NCBI GenBank assembly: GCA_002633005.1
Contig: NMRA01001046.1
Coordinates: 1-64,000, forward strand
Length of the DNA stretch: 64,000 nt
DNA from: Phoronis australis
Lineage: Eukaryota; Animalia; Phoronida
Direction: 5' to 3'
Shown here: piece by piece, positions 24,272 to 36,519 of the stretch
Layout of the letters: the number at the start of each line of letters is the position of its first letter
How positions within the stretch are numbered: position 1 is the stretch's first letter
Translations under genes and position numbers: made by a program
Notes under the pieces: model-generated
The model's database searches: none
What the model saw: only the letters and a program-made list of their open reading frames with translations
Told to the model about the DNA's origin: nothing

Positions 24272-25296
24272 GTGAGTTTTTGTGCGATGTGGTTCCTTTC
24301 TCACCTCAGTAAGGCTAGATTGATTCTTACATATCTATGTATCTACGTGTGCTTAACGTGAAAACTGTTAAATTCAAACTGTAGTAACGCACGATGGTGA
24401 ACATTGAGACGTGTACAAAAAACGGACTACTGTATTCCAAAATGAGGCACCAAATTTGTGGACGGAGTATTCAAAATATCCCTGAAGGACAATCTTTGCA
24501 AACCATTCGAGTAGTTTATTTACAGAAAAATCAAGTGTTCCTGCCTGCGAGACTGAGTGTATCGGTGAAAAAGTTGTGGCTATCTACGTATAGTCCCTCA
24601 ATTAGGCGCATGTACTGTTATGCTGGACATTTGAGTTGAACGTGCGTTGATTTTGGTGCTTCGGATATAGTTGCACCTCCCTAGTTTGCACAGACAGAAA
24701 GTCAGACACGATCGTTTCGGATTAGACATGAAAGCCTTCATGTATGCAACGGTAGCAGACAGTCAGGTTGAACAATCGCGACTCGATTGCTACTAAAACG
24801 TTGTGGCAGTTAAGTATATTTTTCAGATGAGATGAACCAAGCGATATTTTATGCATGAGTCGTTCTTGAAAATGAAGCTTGTAATGCGTTTTAAAACTGT
24901 GTATCCTTAAACTTTAACTGATCCTGTACCAACCCAGAGTGTCACTAACTCACACACCCTGTGAGAAATAAAATGCATTTAGTGTATTTTTAAAAAATCA
25001 TTCGAGGTTTGCCTATAACCGGATCATCACCTGCTCATAATTGTGGAACATACATGTACATGTACATGTAGGTGCATGCGACTGTATGTGGGACATTTGA
25101 GCAACAAAATCTTTCTAAAACAAAAAAACGGATTGATCCGCATATTGGCGCATGCGAGTAATTGCGGGGCTGTACGGTTTTAATTCCTTAAAGGTGAAAT
25201 ACTGTCACGTAGAGTTATGTGGTCGATTTCAACGCCCTCTAGTTATCGCTTCGCCGCATACTGCATGATTTGAAACTTAATTTACGCATTTTACAG

Positions 25297-25638
25297 TCCA
25301 AACGCCCACGTTGGTTTTGGTAATTAAAGACGATAACGACACCGTGGTAATTGGGTCTTCAAGCAGAAGTGAGGGCGTCCTTGTGTGGGGCAGAAATTAC
25401 ACCGCACAGTGTCATGTCAATACTGCTTTTGAAACTGATGTGCAATTCTCTTGGGAGCCAACTCAATTCCCAAGGAAAACTCCTCGCTTAAGTTCTTCCA
25501 GTGGATCCTATACGTATACATCTCGCTCGGTATTCACTGCGTCAAGATTCAACCACACCAAAACCGTGAAATGCACCTTGTGGCATGACACCATACATGA
25601 ACTGAATGCGTCACAAACACTACTGATGAAAGTGTTCT
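25297..25638 (+). CDS. Giant IgSF gene: Ig exon 2 (type B)
   Basis: ttttacag|...T|gtaagt, 342 nt; NYTAQC...VQFSW...FTASRFNHTKTVKCTLWH. Confidence 0.88.
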
Positions 25639-26892
25639 GTAAGTAGAAAGAAGTGACAGATTTTCTTTCGGTAGGATCACGTGGCAGCTAAAGGTTTAGG
25701 GCGGACAACTCACGCTCATGCTATACAATGTTTGTCATTTCGTCTCATCATTACATGGAAGACCAGCGTGCGCAACAAATTGCCCTCGCAAATTATATTT
25801 TAGTACGCTAAACGTTTTTTAGGCATTCCTGTGAGGTTTCAAGAAACTGTGCATACATGTACTTATTGACGTCATAGCTGTGGTTCATGTACCATTTCTT
25901 GTTTATTTCATTTAAAAACGTCTTAAATCACCGCCTTGCTAACATTTTATAACCTCTCTAGCTATACCCATAAGAGAAATTAGGCTTCACAGCTCCTTTT
26001 CTGTGCCAAGTTTTTGAAATCCGTTTAATTAATATGTTATGCGGAACGTGATCTTTACAGGTTGTCTCTAATTTTTTTCGAAATGCATGTTTGAAAGAGT
26101 ACTGAAGTCCAGTTTCAAATGCGGACAATTATTATTTTTATAAAACGCGCGTGATTGGGTTATATCTGTATGCAATTGAGTTTGCTGTCCCGTTGAAGCA
26201 ACCGTATACACAATATTCCTGAATGGCCCAATAACCTGATGGAGGATGGGTACATGCCAAATGCTTAATGGTGTTGTGATATTCTTCATTTTATATCAAC
26301 ACTTATTATTCGATATACGTTATGATTCGGCAACCGGGGTTACTAGGGAATGGTTACCGTATATTTGGCATAACACAGACTGTGAATTAACTGATCAGAC
26401 GGCTATGCGCATCATATTTCATTTCCCTTTGTTGCCTTCCAATGTCTGTGTGGTACGAAACCTATAATCTGTTTATCCACACAGGCTGGCACGACTAGCC
26501 TACATGTACATGTACATGAATACACATGCCGTGATGCGAAGTATACTTTTGTACATGTGCTACTGCCGCCACTTCCCACTTCGTGCTTGACGTAATCTGC
26601 ATCTCTCCATAACAAACCATTTACACTTAGCTATCATTAGATTCTTTAAGGTCAACCAGTTTCTAACTTTTCCCAAGTTGGGCTCGTCTACTAGCCTTCC
26701 ACCGTCGACTTTGGAGTGGTACATATTTCGGAATTGCCTCCAGTATCTTCTTCTTTATAACCGGGTGCTGCTTTTAGACCTCAATATAATCCTTGAGGTC
26801 TTAGAGATGACACAATAGGGCTTTCCAAACAAAATTCTGGGCACTGGTTCTCCCACCATTTCGCAGGCTATTCCTGGAAATCTGTTTTGTAG

Positions 26893-27276
26893 ATGGACCA
26901 CTAGACACAGAAATACGAGGTAATTACAGTAGTGACAATACCACAGACCAGGACACATATCTTCCTCTGCTGCGTGGACAAACCTACCAGGTCACGTGCT
27001 CAAGTAAACTTTATTCCGCCGCTGAGGTGATCTTTGGGTTTCTTGCGTCGCACTTGCAAGACGTGTCCACAGTCAAGACTACAGACCTTACCAACATAAG
27101 AACTACCATTATCCGGCGAACAAACACTACATCTGGTGGGCTGGGCGATGAATTTGTCGCCAGTTTAATGTTCACTGCCGACGAAATTGTTCACTACAGG
27201 ACGATTGCCTGCGTAATCAAAAATTCAAACGTAACAACATTTGTCGATGCCCAACGTATTCGATTTTACTTGAAAG
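26893..27276 (+). CDS. Giant IgSF gene: Ig exon 3 (type A)
   Basis: tgttttgtag|...G|gtaagc, 384 nt; GPLDTEIRGN...TYQVTC...VIFGF...FTADEIVHYRTIAC. Confidence 0.88.
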
Positions 27277-27976
27277 GTAAGCTCAGTGCAAACCTACTGT
27301 CCCACCAGGCACCATATTTCTTTAGAGCACAGGCGCGCAGGAGGGTATTTCTTCAAATGCGAGTGCTCCGCCGGAATTGGACTCGTCTCTCTGCCAAAAT
27401 GTAATACCCTGTTTCACGATGCAAGTAGTGATTCCCAGGGCTTTGGATGCAACTCGTGTCAGTCCTAGCAGTATGTCCCCATCTATGTCTTGGAATATTG
27501 AGCAAACGCAATGAACGGCAAGCTATTGATCCTCTGTCTGTACCGGACAATTCAACGAAATTTTGACGCAACAAAACGCGATTTAACACCCGTTTATTCT
27601 ACAACAATGAAAATATCTCTTGTGATATGATATGCAGGCAGGGATTTCAGAATGCGGACATTAATCTAGTCTATTATTTTCCAAAATATATTGGTCTATC
27701 CACAACACATTTCAGCCATGTCATTTTTATCACCCTCGCACCAGAGAGTGGACTTTTGCCGAATGAGAAGACTAATGCCAATGCACACAGAAACCGTTCT
27801 GTTGAGGCACTGCTTTTGTTGGAAACACTACCACGGGTTAGATTTTATGAACCCAAGTTGATTACGTCCTGTTTTCTTTTATCTTGGGGTAACTTGAAAT
27901 GGGGAGTGCAGTTTGTTAAAACTGACAGGTTTTAGGTAGAATTGTATGAATGCATAATGAAATCATTTGTTTTCAG

Positions 27977-28303
27977 ATCTGAGTGTTCAACTTGACGTGA
28001 CGATAAACATTACAGACAGCAACAACAACAGCGTGAATGAAGGGTACTTGAAGGCAGGTTATAATTACACTGCCGTGTGTGGCTTGCGTAGTATCCTGTC
28101 CAGTGGCATTTCTATGGAATGGCGACGACCAAGTGCATCAGCCAACTTGAAAACCAGAATGCTGTCGTACACCGACTACATGTACTCTATCGAGGTCCCG
28201 TTGGAATGGCCTAAGGGGCAAACTGAAATCACGCTAGAATGCTTTGCATCACACAATATGTCTGGACTTAATTGGACACACACAGATGTGTTTAACATTT
28301 TCT
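27977..28303 (+). CDS. Giant IgSF gene: Ig exon 4 (type B)
   Basis: ttgttttcag|...T|gttagt, 327 nt; NYTAVC...ISMEW...ITLECFASH. Confidence 0.88.
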
Positions 28304-29103
28304 GTTAGTATACTGTTTTTCGTTTTTAGTGTTATGCGAAAGAGGTGCACGAGTTGGGACTGATTATCATCTGTGTGAATGTAATGAATTACCACTCATA
28401 TTTTCACTCCTCAAACGTGATATCCCTTTCTTTGAATTAAATGTTGTTGCATTCCAAAGCTTAAACCTATTTCAACCAACGTCCTTTCCTTAAGTTTATT
28501 GGCACCAAATTCATTTGTTAAGAAAGTTATAAACCATAACAAGCGAATCTGTAGTCCACTAAAACAAACTCAAGCTTCGTGGTATTTTATTACGTTTGGA
28601 CCGTGGAAGGAGGCTCCGTTTAAATAACTACAAGTTTTGTTTGTTGATGGCTTAACTTGAAATGATACTCCCCACACGTGCACTGAATAAAATCATCATT
28701 TTTTACTGTAGTTCACAAATTAAAATTTTCCACTGAGTAGCAAAATATGGTGCAAGTGGGTACACACAAATGCACCTCTTCTTACTCTTCTTCCGATACG
28801 TCCAACTTCCTCTGGTTGAAGACATTGACGGAAAATGTTTGGTCACTTCCAGAAGACAAAATGCTGTTATTAATAGCAAAATGTGATACACATCGCAAGA
28901 TAAAACAATTGAACAAGGTAATTTGATGGCATTTGGAACAATCTGTTCCGGAATGCCTCCACAGATGGTGCTGACTGCAGAATAGTGGTGGGGAAGAAGC
29001 TTTGCAACTGACCTCCCGTAGTTCACGTAACTTGTTGACGCACCAGGTCGCGGCTCACCTCAAAAAGTGGCATACTTTAGTGACACCACGACATACTGTC
29101 ATG

Positions 29104-29250
29104 CAGGGGCGGATCCAGGATTTTGAGTTAGGAGGGCTGGGCACAGTACTAGCCATGACTGTGCCAGTCAGACATTCGAACCCCGAACTGCCAAATAGAA
29201 TCTGGTAGAATTTTAGGGGGGCATGGTCCCCTTGCCCCCATTTCAGCACT
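29104..29250. mobile_element. Short CAG(G/T)GGCGGATC-type MITE remnant (hAT-like)
   Basis: caggggcggatccaggattttg...ggggggcatggtccccttgccccc; the same terminus occurs at 49917-50240 and, inverted, near 14940-14958. Confidence 0.5.
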
Positions 29251-29977
29251 GCAGCAAAATGCCCTTTACGTGGCTGTAAGAGATAGTGGTTGAATTCGCT
29301 TACGCATGTACTCTTTCGGGACTCATGCGGTGGTGGCCTATGCAGAGCAAAACTTACCATGTAGCTTCAAAACCAAAATGATCGCTGGAGTTAGAACGCG
29401 ATAGGAGCGTTTTCACCCCTCTGGCTTGACCATCATGTCGACGTCTTTAACAAGGAAGTCGACGTACAGTTGGTGGGCATAAAGTCGACTTATTGTTGGC
29501 TGCAAGGACATGGTCAAACACCACGTTGTTGATGTCATTTCTGTCAACATGCTGGGACTAAAAATGGCTACTCTTGATTGACGTATCCTGTACCGACGAA
29601 TCAACCGGCTAAGATATTCTCTACGATGAGTTCCAGCTAGGAACCATACTGGAACTCATCGTAGAGAACCAGTATGGTTCCTAGGTTCCAGCATACAAAT
29701 GAATCAGATATCGTTACCGGTTGACCCGACGGAATCGACGAAGTCAATCGAACGGCTTATTCGGACAACAAACAATGACGTTTTATGTCACCGTTATGGA
29801 AATACACCTCAGTCGTGTTTGTCGGTCTTGTTAAAATCCGCTTTTCTCTATACCTATGCAAGAAGCTAAGAATCTCTGTTTATTATCACGTGTTATTTGC
29901 GCTTTTCTTGTAGCGGAAATGTACGGAAAACATCCACATGGTTCTTGAAATATGCCAACTACCTTTACTTATTCCAG

Positions 29978-30358
29978 TCGGACCGACCGAGTTGGCTCTC
30001 ACTGGCAACCTTACAGACGTCCACTCAAGGGGGGAAATGTATACACTTAAGCACGGCCAAATATACTCTCTGTCCTGCTCAAGTGATGTACTAAATCCAT
30101 CAGGATCCGTTGAGCTCGGATTTGTCACTTGCTTGCAGTTAGATCAGTGCATCGCCAATGCCACTGAGGCAGGCAGTTACGGATCAGGTGAGCTGACACT
30201 CGAACAGAGCCCAACGGGAGCCAATGGCGTGAACTATACAGCCACTTTAACGCTCACTGCTGACGCGAGCATTCATCAAAAGGAGATTGCCTGTTACGTC
30301 CGGAACACAGACGTAAGGGAATTCGCAGTGACCACAAATGTGTCGGTTTGTTTAGACA
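29978..30358 (+). CDS. Giant IgSF gene: Ig exon 5 (type A, extra cysteines)
   Basis: ttattccag|...A|gtaagt, 381 nt; GPTELALTGN...YSLSC...VELGFVTCLQLDQC...SYGSGEL...LTADASIHQKEIAC. Confidence 0.88.
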
Positions 30359-30886
30359 GTAAGTACTGCATAAAGAACTTCCTCGTGTTCTTCATTCTCA
30401 TTAGCGAACAGAAAAAACAGATTCGACTATGGTAGGTCTTGTTTTCAACTGATATTATCTGTGCCATACCCCACTGTATCAGTAGCACCGAATAAAGTTT
30501 GTACGATACACTTAATTTGAGACTGAAGTCATTTTAGCTTGCTTGTACTACATGTACGTCACGAACTAGAGCCTGTATCGTTCGAGGTCTTTTGTCTTTC
30601 CGTTATCTCTGTTAACAACGATCGTCGATTAAGCAGACTCTCTTATTAGGAAGATTCTATTCAAACTAACTAAGGTTGATAATGGTTGATTTATGTTATA
30701 CGACCTGGGCGCAAGAAGTTAACAGTCACTTACACTATACAGGGGTCCCATCCTCAACTGGGTAACGGACATGAAACTGGTCTGTTCCCAAAAAATACGG
30801 GGTCCTTAAAACTGTCAATTGCCGAAGAAAATAACACCCGGTGACAGTACTAAGCTGAGGTGAACAAATTAACCTTTGAAGAAAGC

Positions 30887-31313
30887 TGTGCCCAGTTGCA
30901 TGAAACAGTCCCAAACACGGACTCCACTAAGTTCCCTAAATCTGCTGAGTACTTCTTGACTTGTTAAGACATCGATTGATCTTCCTTGTATTGCGTTAGT
31001 TTCATTACTAAGTCGACATATGACATTGATACACATCTAGAGTGAACTCAACGTTGAAATTCCAATATTATCTAAAATACACTGGGATCTTTTCATGCAA
31101 AACCCCCAATTTAAGGACTGAGTCGCTACCTATTTTCAATAAATTCTGGACTCAGTTTTTAGTTATGATATTAAAAAATATTAATCGACGAAAACTTCAT
31201 AATGAAGATGGAATGCTAGAATGTTGCATATTGCATCTTTGAGTCCATAAAGAGACAAATACGCCAAAAGAATTAGGGTCCCTATTTGGGACTGTTACAT
31301 GCAACCGACCACA
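30887..31313. mobile_element. MITE with ~40-bp TIRs (PIF/Harbinger-like termini)
   Basis: tgtgcccagttgcatgaaacagtcccaaacacggactcc versus the reverse complement of gggtccctatttgggactgttacatgcaaccgaccaca. Confidence 0.7.
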
Positions 31314-31454
31314 TATGCCCAATATGCGATCATAAGCAGAGACGACCAGCCTGGAATGATGTGGTCAGACTGGTTAGTGCCCAGCGATTGGTGTTGACCA
31401 CTATCGAGACATTAAAATCACTCATGTGCAAATAAACTGTAAATTCACTTTCAG

Positions 31455-31809
31455 TCGGTGATCCAAAATTGATGATAACCCTCGAGGATGCGAAAGCTAC
31501 CATTTTTAGCGCCGAAGCCAACAACAAGACAGCAGAAAAAGTTCATGTGGTTGAGGGTCAAACATATACAATCAAGTGCCTGCTTACAACTGTAATTCGT
31601 AATGGTGTGGAAATCACATGGAATTCGACTTTGGTCAACCTACNCGAATGTATCCAGTACAACACTCAACAGAGGCGGTATTTTACACCTGAACTGGTTT
31701 TCTTTCAAGGCATCTCGTGACAATCCCACTAGTCTCTCGAGATGTAACACGGGACACAGGTTCTTGCACGCACTGAACATGTCCATAAACGTAACCATGG
31801 ACGTTTTCT
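31455..31809 (+). CDS. Giant IgSF gene: Ig exon 6 (type B; frame restored by removing the N at 31644)
   Basis: cactttcag|...T|gtaagt, 355 nt = 354 + one N; TYTIKC...VEITW..LPNVSS...FSFKASRDNPTSLSRCNTGH. Confidence 0.85.
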
Positions 31810-33271
31810 GTAAGTTAGTGGTATACTGCCTAATTTTATTAAGAAGTTGTTTTTCCTTGAGTTTCATTTTTCAAATACTTAATGAAACATGGAATTCAAA
31901 AACTCGTAAAGGAAATTAATATTTTAAACAGATCGTGACAAGTCTGGTTCTTGGGGATTCTATCGTGAGAGTTATTCACAGTGAATCTTTGAAAGAGTTT
32001 TTTGAAAAGTCTTCCGATTCAATTTTTTGAAATACGATTTTCAAATTTCTCGCCCCTGATAACACATTTGCGCACATGGGCTCAAAGTAGTCCGACTGGC
32101 TGTTGCTCGAAAACCGTTTTTTTGTTTTTATCAAAAGTCAAAGGTCACATCTTACCATAACTAATAAGGAGACGTGCTCTGTCGTGTAGGAGGAAAATGA
32201 GGATGTGACGAGCACTTGAGTGATCGCTTTTTAGTTGAAATTTGAAAAGCCATGACATCAAAAGAAATTCAAAATCTTTATGAAAAGGCCGTAAAAAATC
32301 CCTTGTGAAAAGATCAACCTCTGTTTCAGTGGCTGACAGCAAATTTGAACGTTTTTTTTTAACATTCTATATCACTATCAGACTTGGCAATACTCAGACA
32401 GTATAGCTAAATTCTTCATACTGGTTTGTACAGGTCTAGGACAACAGTTATTTCAAGTGCACTTACACACACTTCGGGGTAGAACAAAAGGCTTTTAGCA
32501 TGTGCATCTTACATAGTTAGTTTTCTCAATGATTCAATTAAATCTCAACATGGAAACCTGTTGGGATTCTATGATCAGTGAATATGGTACAGGAACATCT
32601 CCACGAGCTTTATAAATGATCCACTTTAGTTGCAGTCTGGAAGTTTGTCTTCTGGCAGCCCAGGAAAAATAAGATCTATTTCTAATTTGCGTGGAAAAAA
32701 TCCAGCAGGGTGGCTAGTGGGTACAGATTAATGCTGCGAAGTAGACCACTGCGCTGTCCACTGCCTAATCCGGACATCTATTGTAATTGCATGCAATGTC
32801 ATTTTGGCGAACGATAAGTGGCAAACCGCGTTGTCAGCGACTTTTGATTAGACGGTCGTGGTTTCGAAATTTACTTTGCACAAACAATTCACCGTCGTTG
32901 TTCGTGTGAATTTCCGTTCAGTCTGATTACTGCGTATGGAAATCTATCAACATTAATATCGGGTTTCTAAAAATAATGCATCATTGGGTTTTATTGACTG
33001 GTTTAGTTATAGGTATGACAGAAATATGAATACATGTGTGCCCCTGATATTTGACTTGACCGAAACAATTTCGTCAGAATCAATGGTCAGTTGTGTATAA
33101 ATGATTTGATTAGCGAGAGTGGCTTCCAAACTTTTGCATATGACCTTAGATTGCATGCGTGCTAATGTCTGAAAATACAAATAGCCAGGTGCCTACATGT
33201 ATATCTTGGGCCACGTGTATTTCAGCAAACATGAAGGGCGTATTTTAACCCAGAACTCCATGTTATTCCAG

Positions 33272-33604
33272 ATGGGCCGGTAAACTTGTTCTTGTTTGTC
33301 AATAACGCAACGCATCACCGCCGTTCTATCAATATGGAGATCAACGCCACAATGTCATTGGGTTGCAAGACCGACAGTGTTCGTCGCAACGCGTCTGTGA
33401 CATGGATCTCACCCTCAAATGTTTTCGTGCCTACCAACGAGATCATGAGTTTCTCGCGTGGCAACGGCACCGATGATACAGTCGTCCATTCACGCAACAC
33501 ATACACAATCAGCCGTCTCCATCATACGCACAATATAACATGTACTGTAAAGAACGTTGACTCCAACGTAACCGCTGCAAAGACGTTAATTCTGAATGTA
33601 ATAC
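33272..33604 (+). CDS. Giant IgSF gene: Ig exon 7 (type C)
   Basis: ttattccag|...C|gtaagt, 333 nt; GPVNL...MSLGCKTD...VTW...HHTHNITC. Confidence 0.88.
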
Positions 33605-33914
33605 GTAAGTAAGCGGTGTGGTCAAAACAAACCACGTTCACATTGCTTTCTATGAAATGTCCGACCGTTTGACATTTTGATGTTACTTTTGGTCCGTATT
33701 ATTTGTTTTATTTCGTAAATCATATTTTGTAAAATTTCTTTGCTCAAGCTTCTTCTTCAAAGATTTTTGTATATCTACTGGTTCATTGATCAAAGCAATT
33801 GTTGATTCCTCTCTCTGTCTCACTCAAATGGTGATATCTCGTGGTTATCCGACAAATCAGGTACACACGTCATTTGCGTCAATAAAATTTAAACCATTTG
33901 CCGCTAAAAGGATA

Positions 33915-34260
33915 CCAAACCCGGTTTGGAACTGTTAACATATACTGGAAACGACTTCCCATCCTGTTCTCTTGATCAATTTGCTTTGTAACCCCCAACA
34001 ACTCTCAAGTTTGGAGGAAATAAAACACCTTTCAACATTTGTCAATCGGGGGGAGCGAGTTTAGCGAATTACATGACAACAGTCGGAATCAACCCCCCAT
34101 CACAGACCAGGATGTCCAATTTATAAGAGCGGCGAGTTTAGTAAATTCCTGCTTTCATCTTTCACCTGTGGCGCCGATGAGGCATATTAGCAGGTGATAG
34201 ACTCAGGATTGGTTTATATCATCAATATAGGATTTAGTGTCCTTTCAATTTACTTGTGTT
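33915..34260 (+). repeat. Old dispersed repeat family, copy 2
   Basis: Homologous blocks to 18605-18960 (aaacccgg, cctttcaa, tttagcgaattacatgacaac, gtccaattt, gcaggtg). Confidence 0.6.
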
Positions 34261-34501
34261 GTTCTTTAATCGGGTTAGACGTTATATCTGACCTTGTGAA
34301 TAAATAGGAGATTTGGTACTAATTTAGCTTGACCCAACAGTTCTGAGCTCTATAACCGGAAGTAGTCTAAATCAAAATACATATGCATCTTTTTTCATGG
34401 ATGCGGAATCTTGACGGATTTCGTGATGTGGGAATTTCGATAATTAGTTCTCCAAGGTCGGTGAGATTCAGATGAAATCATGTCCTTCTTTGATATTACA
34501 G

Positions 34502-34885
34502 AGGGGCCGTCGCGGCTCCAAGTCGAAGGCAGCATTAGTAACACGACCGTTCAGTCGAACGTTAGCTACGCCATCAGGTACGGAGAGCGTCATTCCCTCC
34601 GGTGTACGACTGACAATACCTTTCCAGGTGCCCAGGTTGAGTTTGGGTTTTACACAGGACCAGGGGCCAACCGCCGCATAGCTAACGCAAGCGACATGCA
34701 GCACTTCGGAGGCGGGAGCTTGAAGATAATGAACGAAACAGACCCGGGGACAGGTTTCGTGAATTACACCGCTAACGTCTCCTTTGTAGCAGATTTAAGT
34801 ATTCACAACACGACTATATCTTGCAGAGCAGTCAATGTTGAGAATCAGGAGACATTAGCTGTCGATTTTTCGGTGTACATTTCAG
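34502..34885 (+). CDS. Giant IgSF gene: Ig exon 8 (type A)
   Basis: tgatattacag|...G|gtaagt, 384 nt; GPSRL...HSLRC...VEFGF...SDMQHFGGGSL...FVADLSIHNTTISC. Confidence 0.9.
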
Positions 34886-36165
34886 GTAAGTCTTGTGCAA
34901 ACTGACGACTTCCGTTTAGCATCGCCAACATCTCTCGGAGTAGCGCTTTGTATGACGAAACCATTTTCTAACTACCCAACTTTGGCAAGGAGGAATGAAA
35001 CGTGATGTCAATGATTTCGCGATCTACGGATTGGAAAACACTGAACACAGCACGGTGAACACATAAAGTGTCAAGGCAGGCATTCTTACACATCTGAGGC
35101 TTTTACGTATCTCAAGCTCTTATAAAAATGACTTTTTCCGATTTTTTTATATTTTCTCTGAATTACTTTTTGATGAGGTTCGCACACTCGTGCAGCGACG
35201 TTGAGGTGCTCAGTTGCACATCCGGGTCACTTAAAGTGGATACGCATGAGGTGAGAGACTTGGAGATTTGAAGCACGTCTTTCGTGAGTTTCCAACTTAT
35301 CTGTCGTTTGCCTTTTGAAGTGGATAAGATGCGGTTTACCCGATATTTCAAGCAATCGAAAACCCTAGTGTAGTTTATGTGAATGCCAGTATTATCTTTT
35401 GCTTGCCCACTAAGTTGTTAGATAATTTTCCCCGAGTCTTTAAACACAGAACTCACTTATACAGCTTAGGCGTCCCAAGCGATAGCTTAGCATTTTTCCC
35501 AAGCAAAATGCAAATGCACGTATTCAGTTCCCGTGATTGAGGCACTGTCGTGCGAGCAACTCTGGTGCACGTGACCTCACGGCGCGTCGGTGCGTTTTTG
35601 CAAAATGAATCCACGTGTGAAGGTGAAGTAACATTTGAGCAAAGGAGAAGTTCACATGGAATTGCTGTGATATAAAGATACATTCCAAGCATACATGTAA
35701 TTAGCTGTCACCATGTTTAAATCTCGACTGAATGACTTCTATTTCAAACACATTGCCACGTTTTTCCAAACTTGAAATACTATGGCACACGTCGGCAATT
35801 CAAATCGCATGCGGTGCGTAAACGCGTCATTTTCGACTTTTGAAATGTGTAATCTCAATAAGTTCTTAAGCGTTTTCTTCAACCGATGATGGTTGCAATG
35901 TGCTTGATTTTTTGAGAAATATAGAATACTAGCACGGCGAAAACTGATACGAGACCAATTTTATTTGAGTAGAAAATGTATGCCGACGTTTGTCCTATAG
36001 CAAGCTTTACAGGGCTTGGTGCATCTTTAACATCTTTGCTCAAATGAGCTTCTTGGTTACTTTGATATTTGAAGATTGTCTGCTGAGCGAGTCATGTGCT
36101 GGTCATGGAAAATTGGTTGGAGAACCTTAATCAGTAGTTTAATAAATATTTACATTTATTTGCAG

Positions 36166-36519
36166 CGGAAAACGTTGAAATCACCATCAGCATAACAAAT
36201 GAGAACGGTCTAGACAACTACAAAGAACCCAATCCAGTGGGCAGCGTCGCTACCCCATTGATAGCTGGTAAAAATTACACTGCGAAATGTAGCTTCACAA
36301 GCGAGGTGGCGTTGGGAGTCATCATTTCCTGGGATCACTCTCCAAACCCTCCACCTCCGGTGAAAAAGAATGTGCTTTCGTCAGGAAATTACAAATACTT
36401 GTCGGAGACTGCCTTTACGGCGTCAAAGATGTTCGACGGGACTACTTTTAGGTGCAAGGCGTCGCACGGGAAGATTCGTGACTTTGACGCTGAGCAGTCA
36501 GTCACAGTCTATGTATACT
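36166..36519 (+). CDS. Giant IgSF gene: Ig exon 9 (type B)
   Basis: ttatttgcag|...T|gtaagt, 354 nt; NYTAKC...IISW...FTASKMFDGTTFRCKASH. Confidence 0.9.

Noticed and set aside
25630-25646. Conserved C-terminal 'VFCK*' / 'VYCK' cysteine motif in many ORF-track peptides
   Set aside because: An artefact of reading through the phase-1 donor T|GTAAGT; after splicing the codon is Tyr or Phe.
31641-31650. Apparent frameshift / pseudo-exon in Ig exon 6
   Set aside because: The shift coincides with a single N (31644). Deleting it gives CTA CCG AAT and a 354-nt exon like its siblings, so it is an assembly placeholder.
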